A DNA stretch of 58,117 nt, filler included, from Platydemus manokwari (taxonomy: Eukaryota): NCBI GenBank assembly GCA_037951405.1. It is 5 parts of 5 records of this genome, joined end to end, with 100 filler letters (N's around TTAATTAATTAA, not from the genome) between each part and the next. Parts side by side here need not be neighbours in the genome. Positions count along the whole stretch, not along the records: positions 48,032 to 58,117 come from JBBMOY011171322.1; 4 more parts are not named here. One strand, written 5' to 3'. A program made the position numbers and the translations under genes. Below, in pieces: positions 50,581 through 58,117 of the stretch. The notes under the pieces were generated by a model that saw nothing but the letters and a program-made list of their open reading frames with translations, had not been told where the DNA came from and did no database searches. Numbering within the stretch: the first letter of the stretch is position 1; each line of letters begins with the position of its first letter.

Positions 50581-53500
50581 AATTTAAGTCGATCATAGCG
50601 CCAACTATAAATGTATGTATACACTTTCTCAAGAGTACAGGCATTTGTATTAACTTATTATTACCAATTAACCGCTCGAAAACTTCGAAATATACCAAAC
50701 AGTAAGTATCTACAAATAACTCTAATTTTTTGAAAGTAAAAGCATTTGCGTTTTTTCATAGAACAAGGGACGTTTTTTGTGGTTGTATAATTCATTTGTT
50801 TTTAACTTTTTAATAAACTTTTAGTTGAAATTCTACAATAAAAGATTTGGCATTTCTTCTTAATGTTTGAATACTGAATACAAATACATCACATAGGTAT
50901 TTATTTGTTCTGTGAATATTTATATTTTCATCTTAAATTTGTTTTAAAAGGATTGACCGAAATTATTACACTTTATATCTGTGTTAATATTTAATTATAT
51001 TATAATTATTAACATTGATATTGATGTATTCAACATGTATCTGTCATAACAATAGATGTTGTTGATCATCATTAATTATTTTTGTTTTAGAATCATCAAA
51101 GACAGAAACGTCCCAACACAAATTATGTAATGGATATCATTTTAAGCGGGAATGGGCAAAATATTTCATTCTAAAACTCAATTAATCGTGATTAAAAATT
51201 TTCAAAAATAATATTCTTATCCTGAATTGAGTTGGATAAATTAATGATAACATTTTTCCCATTCTTGTATTGTTCCAACCTGTTGCCCAAATATTTAATT
51301 GTCATCATTAATAAGTTTTAATTAGTCTTATAAGTGAATGTGTTTTGCAGTTCAATCTGGTGGATAATTTACACATGTAGTCCACCTATGTGTCGAGGCT
51401 TTGTAGTTTCTGTCCAACCATCAGTAAAGGTAGAAACTCGAACCCATTCCTGTATGTTTAGTTCATTAATGGATTATAACTGTTGTTTCAATCAAAATGT
51501 GGTTACTCTTCAAGTTGCAGGAAATATTTATTAGAAGCATAACCTGTTTATTTTTGTGTTTCATCATTTGTAAAAGTCTTCCCATTCTTATCGATAATGT
51601 CGTATGACGCTTTTTTATGATCTTATTCATCACACTTTCAAAATTCTCTATCCTGTTTGAAACCTTTAATTACATATTAAAATTAAAGATATTTTAAATT
51701 TTATCAATCATATTCGTGTTTTATGAAAATTATTTTACTTTTGCTTCTAGCAAATAAACCTTCTAATCTTGTTTATCATCACTTTCAATGAATTGAACTG
51801 CAGCCTAGAGTTGTGAACATTGTACGCCAATCTTCTCGATTCCCGCATCAGTCTACTCATTAATTGCCTTCATCAAAAAAAGATAAAATTCACTGGCTAG
51901 TCCTAATATTCGGTCCTGCCGTTTCCAATAGATTACAGATAGATTTCTAGTCCAATCATGTTATTACAGCAAAAAGCGAAATTAATCAATTTTTATTAAG
52001 GGTTTTTCCACTGCGTCGTGAAGACCTTGTTTATGTGAAATAAATATTGATTGGAAATAAAATCTTCTCATCTGATAAAGCCTATCTGATTTAATCAGTC
52101 ACTTTTATTTTCTTCTGAATAAAGTAGAAAATAGTTAATATTAATTAAATTGCATGTCAAGTTCTCAAGTAAAAATTAGAGATTATTATACATATACATA
52201 CATAATATCCAATTTGAAAATATAATTTCTCAAGTTATTTGATTAACCTGAATTCAGTTGAACAACTTTATTGGATGATTTTATTATATTATAAAAGGCA
52301 ACAGGAGTTTGTAATTTCATAGAAATCATATTTGATTTTATAATTATTAGTTTAGGAAAATATTTACTCGCTTCTTTCGTAAGAGAGAGGTAAATTTTAT
52401 AATTATAAATTTTATAGTTACTGCAATTCTTTATTAAATAATTCAAATAGAACTTCATTTTCATCAAAAAATAATTTTTTAACTTTAATATTATTATTTT
52501 AAATTTCTGATAATTATCATTAATTCAGATGAAATTCTTTTGAAATACATCGCTATACAAATGATATTTCCTAATTTTTCTCCAATATTAGCTTAATAAT
52601 TACTACAACACTATATTTTTCAAATCATCATTTATTATAGTTTTTCAAAAATTGTTTTGAAACTTAAATCATTTTTTGTTGCTTTATTTCTTTATTTACT
52701 TTATCCAAATAAAATAATGATACACCATGTAAAGATATTTGAAAACCACTACAAGTATATTGTAATTCATTATTTAGTCAAAGAAAGTAGGTATAGATGA
52801 GTCGAGTGAAACGAACTATCCTCTTATTGTTTCAAATCCTAATGAAAATATTGGTTATAACGAAAATTATCTGAGTAAGGATGTTTTCTTGTTGAGATTA
52901 TGATGCTCTAAGTTTTTAAACATTATAAGATCTGATATTTTAGCGTTTAATGTATATCAAGAAAGTTCACCTTTTAACTCTTCCAGTCACACTTTGGGAA
53001 ATGACAAAGGTTAAACATAATATATAATTTAAATCTATTTTTTTAATAAATTTTATTATTTGTGTATTTGATTAGGATTTATATTCGTTGATGAGTTGAT
53101 TTATTTAATATATTTATGGATAAATAATTAAAACCCTTGCTTTAGGAAGATATTTTGTTAAGTTTTGATCGGTAGAATTCTGACTTTTAACAATAATTAT
53201 GTTACACTTAAATAAATAACTATTTAAAGAAGTTCATATATTCAAAACAATTTCAATAAAATAATAAATGGAATAAAAGATTACAACTTGTTGTGCCTTA
53301 AAGGTACAAAATCAATACCATAGTGGTGGCTGACTATATTCAAAAATTTTGGAAGTGATCAAAGATGGTTTTACAAAGATACAAATTTTCTTCATAACAA
53401 AGAATTTTATCAGAATTTATTTTAAAAATAAAAATTAGTCTTTATTGAATTGAGTGCATTTAAAAGTGTGATTAATAGTTTGAGTAGAGACTTGAGTCGA

Positions 53501-54233
53501 TTAATTTCGAATATTCAAAAGAATATCATTGAGTCCGATTTTATTCCGCACAAGGTTCTCTAGTAGTAGATGTTTTGTTTTGAAAAATGCATTAATCTAA
53601 TTACCAATCGTAATAGATTTCATGATTATTCCTTATAAAATTATTCCTTATGAAATTAAAGAAACAAATTTTAATTAATTTATGATTGATAAGTGATATT
53701 AATAACTAGAAATATATTTATTGTTTGAAAATTGATTAAAGAAAACTAAGTTATGTTAATCCATTGCGATGTGTCGCAACAAAATCTTGGGTGAAATGAA
53801 AACTAGTATCTTTTCTCGAAAAAACAATTACTTATAATTTCACAATTTCGCTATTTGATTGATAGAAACTTCTTCTTAACATACTTGGAACTTTCAAGTT
53901 GTAACTTTGGTTATCAAAGAATTCCATTTTGCAGTAGTATTTTTAGAAAACCTTGGACATCTACACATTTAACCAGGCTTGTGTTATCTTCTATATCAGA
54001 AGATTATTGATAGTTTGAAATTGGTATCCCACTTATTCATAAATTTATGTATTAATTCTATTAAAATGCCATTTAATATCGATGGCAAATAATTCGCTTC
54101 ATATATAGAGAATTTGTCGAGTTTCATTGATAGCTATCATATTTCAATTATTTCATTTCAGATCATAGTCTCAGAGTGAGTGATCACATAAACTATGCTG
54201 AAGTAAGATTAAAATTCAATTCTTATAATATAA

Positions 54234-56323
54234 TTGCCGTTTATTTCAAAGCCAATGCTGTCAAACAATATGATTGATCCGGTAAGACCGATTTACCAGT
54301 TTTCATCGAAAATGTTTGACATTAATTCGAAAAAAAGTGTCGATCATACTTATTGGCGACCTCCACTATTATTCAATAAACCGAACTCAATTACGACCAT
54401 TAGCTCATTTGAATTAGATAACAAGAACTCCTATTATGTTTACGCCTATCATTTGGAAAGTAAATTACCTTCGGAACATAGTTTCTCAGTACAACAAGTA
54501 GATATATTTAGTGATATTATCTCTTTCAATAGCTTTATTTTCTCACAAAGAAACCGATACAAGAGATCAAAGATACCAATATCAAACAAATCGTCAAAGC
54601 CGGTCAAAGTAAACTGAAAAGAAAATTTAAAATGATGAACGAAATTTCTGCTATTCTTGACAAAAAATTAGGCATCGCAGTCAAAATGGAAAAATCTATC
54701 CAAGCCGATAATCAAGAAAACCAGATGAAATTTTATGATTTATTTTTCTCGGATTGTGAAAGAAGCCAATGCCCTTTCAAGGAAATCAAATTGGAAAGCG
54801 TTTCCGATTCAAGTTCCAGTACTGGTACCGATATAATGATAAATCAAATCAAAAAAATTCCAAGCAAACAATTCAAAACCTCTTCAACATTGGAAACGAT
54901 CAATGATAATCTTCATTTCAAAGAATCTTCCAAATACAATTTCAGCTATGATCGATTTATCAATACAAAATATAAAAAATTGGCATTGAAAAGTTGGAAA
55001 ATCTTCAAATCAAAACTGGAACTGTCAAAGAAAAAGAAATCTAGTAAGACTGGCTCATTGACAAGAGAAATCGATCAACAGATCCAAGTCAATGACAATC
55101 TGAGACGAGAATATCTGAGCATCATTAAACTAGATTCGAAACGCTTAACAAAGATAATCACCAATGAAATAATCTATGGCTTTATTAAACATTTCTTGAA
55201 AGAAACACCAATTCCGAACAACGAAGAACGTCTCAAAGATCCTAATATCATCACCGTTCAAACGCTTTCAATAATTGAAGGAAAAACTTTGAACCTCGAT
55301 GAAAGACTCGATGATTTACTTGACTTAGGAACATTCCCAACTGAACTGAAACGAACCAAAACAATGACACCTTCGATTTCACCTGATCAAATATCGTCGA
55401 AAATGAAATCGGAAGAAATTATGTGTAAGAGTGATTTAATCGATCAAGAATATCGCGATATTTCACCGGAAAATGAGCCAAATAATTCGAAAGAATCCAA
55501 ATTGCAGAACTATAATCTGAGATCACCTTCCAGCAAATTTGATTCACAAAATGAGTCAAAATCGAAAATCAAAGTGACAAATTACGACATCATTTACAAT
55601 TCGAGTCTCAATGAAAATGAAGATGAATCGAACATGTTAATAAATAGTCCACTTAAAGATCGAGAAAACTGTCCATCTCGATCAGTTTCTCTGAACAGTG
55701 ATAAGAACGTCTATATATCTTGCTTTGATACGCCTTTAAGTGATTTCGATTCAATACAATCTAGAATCAGAAAACGGGCTGAACAAGTAAATGGCACTGA
55801 AATAAATTATCCGAGTGATTTTAAATCGAAATTCCTCTATCAATCGATCACAAACAAAGATTATATTGAACCTCCACCAGTAGATGATCAAATTACAAAT
55901 AAACTCATTTCATCTTATTCATCAGAATTGTCTCGAGAATCAAGCGATCAATTATTGTCACGTGCAATAAAATTGACCAATCAACCGGTAGGGTTCATTA
56001 ACGATAGACATTTTGTAAATCCACCAATGAGAAACATTCACAATAAAATGAATGAAGTTAAATTATTAAATATCATCGATATGACAAAGAAATTCGAATC
56101 ATCATTAAGTCGCTTGAAAAACATTGAGTTATGGGAAAGTCACGCTGAACCGATTTCAGACAATGATATGGAAAATATTAATTATAATGGATTCCCAAAA
56201 TTCGATGATATTAATAATTCTATTTATTCCTATCGGGATCATTTTGTGCACAGAGTAAATCCAAACAATGGGGAATTTATGGGTAGAGTTGAAAAAAAAT
56301 CCATTTTAAAAGCAACTATGTGA
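54234..56323 (+). CDS. uncharacterised multi-exon protein with a long Ser/Asn/Lys-rich C-terminal exon; further exons probably extend upstream to about 52700
   Basis: A phase-0 intron at 54498-54550 joins ORF 54234 to the 563-aa ORF in frame. Upstream coding-like patches include LRR-like LTYLELSSCNFG and LTRLVLSS (about 53830-54000). Confidence 0.7.
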
Positions 56324-56539
56324 TGAACTAACTAAGTAAACACGACTTAGTTATGAATTAAATAATAGAATCACGAAATGAATAAATGGATTTTTATTAG
56401 AACTCATTTATTTATATTTTTTTATTTAATTAATTTTGATTATTTTTATCCTTTCGATTTCAGTTTAAATTTTGTTTTATCTTTTTTTGAAAATTATTTC
56501 ATAATAAAATTATTAGGATCCGCTTTATTTTTAAAATTG

Positions 56540-57600
56540 GAAATCTTAAATACTTTGCCATGTGTGTTTCAGATTGGTTTTGGAAATTTTCCTTCACATT
56601 TTATTCGAAATGTTGATTGTGAGACATCCATTGTTATGTGAGATTATAGTTTAATTCGTTATTTATATATTGGACAATATTGGCAACAAAACACTTTCAC
56701 CCAATAGGTTAAGAAATTATCTACAAACCTTTATGGTTGTTAATTAACCACACTATATTATGTAATATCGTTCATCATCAAATGAAATTTAATTAAAGAA
56801 CTTAGTCTTTCCATAAAATTATCCATTAATTACAAAAAAATTTATATAAAAAATGTAAAATCGGTTCAGTAGATCAAAAGATCAAGAAATAAAATCAGTA
56901 TGGAAAATATATTGCTTTAAACCCGTCTTTGAATATGTTAAAATTGACATTAATTTAATTGCGATCCATATTAAACAATTTTAAACAAATAATATGTCGG
57001 TATATCAGTCATCAATCTTTCGAAAGTTCAAAGTTACAAAAGTTTTTATTTGAATTTTGAAATATAGGACTTTTCTTTCATCACAACTACATGATAACCA
57101 ACAAATTAACACAACTAAATTATTCACAAATCCACAATCAAGACAGATCTATAAAATATGAGTTAAGAGTTACAATTTGTAGAAATCCCAATTTTTCCAA
57201 CTCATCCAAATCAACAGATTTCCTTATATACCAATCGTAACCACTGATTTCTGTCATGGAATCTAATGAGTGAAACACAACGAATAGCATATATAACCAA
57301 TTCGAATTGTTGTAACTATAAATTATTAATTCTCAAAATAAATTTTATTGGTTTCTTAAATATTATCTAACTTCAAATGAAAACTTCTCATTTCCACCTT
57401 CATGAGAGGAAATATTCCTAATCTTAAATATTCACCCTAAAAATAAATTTATGGAAATGTTAATAAAGCTTGTGTAATACCTTGACACCTTCTGCATAAT
57501 ATTCGACTGACCAATTCTTTATATCTTGAATAGCAAAATCTGGTTTTGTTTGATAAGATTTGCATAAAATCATTATAGAATATGATTTATACTATACGAA
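56540..57600 (-). CDS. probable multi-exon gene of unknown function (partial)
   Basis: Short coding-like segments bounded by ag/gt: FLCKSYQTKPDFAIQDIKELVSRILCRRCQ, GEYLRLGIFPLMK, YNNSNWLYMLF..LDELEKLGFLQI. A full model was not resolved. Confidence 0.35.
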
Positions 57601-57971
57601 TAAATATTTTATTATTATTATTATTATCATTATAGTTATTATTTCTAAAATTGGAATCCAACATTTATATCATCATAGTACTTATTGAATTTGTGCTGAT
57701 TTAAATTTAAAAAAAAATAGTTTTGATACATAACTAGGTTTTGAATTATGACTTCTATAATAGTTAAATAAATTAGTTTTCTGCCTCTAAATTGAAATCT
57801 ACTTTTAATTATATTAAATCTTAATAGAAACAATGAAAAATATTAATATATTAATTTATAAAATAAATTCAAGATATTTGAATTGGAACATAAACCATTT
57901 AGTCCAATTTTTCTAATTTAACGTTAATCACATATTTTAAGGTATTTTTGGTTTTTATTGAAAATGTGTTA

Positions 57972-58117
57972 CCAGGTTGAGTCAAAAGTTATTCATGTTT
58001 TTATGCAGGTATTTTATTAACACAAATTGTTATAACCCTTAACATATTATTCCTCGAAGTACAGTCCATCATTTTCAATGACTCGAAGCCATCTTTCTGC
58101 CAATTGCTCGATCCCAT
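57972..58117 (-). mobile_element. mariner transposon 3' end, inverted near-identical copy of 48032-48169
   Basis: GIEQLAERWLRVIENDGLYFEE* on the minus strand; TA|CCAGGTTGAGTCAAAAGTTATTCATG. Confidence 0.9.

Noticed and set aside
51330-51480. Minus-strand VSTFTDGWTE, resembling the first catalytic Asp motif of hAT transposases
   Set aside because: A single short motif with no other supporting blocks identified.
52790-52820. Hammerhead-like AGATGAGTC..GAAAC
   Set aside because: The core does not fit, and the segment reads as a coding exon (GIDESSETNYP).

Overview
Very AT-rich eukaryotic genomic DNA with short GT-AG introns (about 43-95 nt). The gene and transposon content suggests an invertebrate, plausibly a planarian-type flatworm (inference only). 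The window is five contigs of about 10-12.7 kb joined by identical 100-nt N/TTAATTAATTAA spacers, so adjacency across spacers is not reliable. Contig 1 holds the 3' part of a decayed Ty3/gypsy LTR element on the minus strand with an unusual layout. RT, RNase H and integrase appear fused, through a coiled coil, to a membrane-glycoprotein (env-like) polyprotein with four hydrophobic segments. A separate ~700-codon accessory gene follows, containing a REX4/ISG20-like DEDDh exonuclease fold, and then a polypurine tract and 3' LTR. Host genes include a 7-exon CRAL-TRIO (clavesin/TTPA-like) gene, an intronless class A GPCR, an intronless Rac/Cdc42-like GTPase with a shortened Rho insert and an intronless casein kinase 1. 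There is also a spliced, secreted ~936-aa protein built from about 34 tandem 18-residue Trp/aromatic repeats, a small CaaX protein and several uncharacterised genes. The rest contains fossils of R2/NeSL-type non-LTR, gypsy, hAT, MULE, Merlin and mariner elements, and a 21-22 bp minisatellite.
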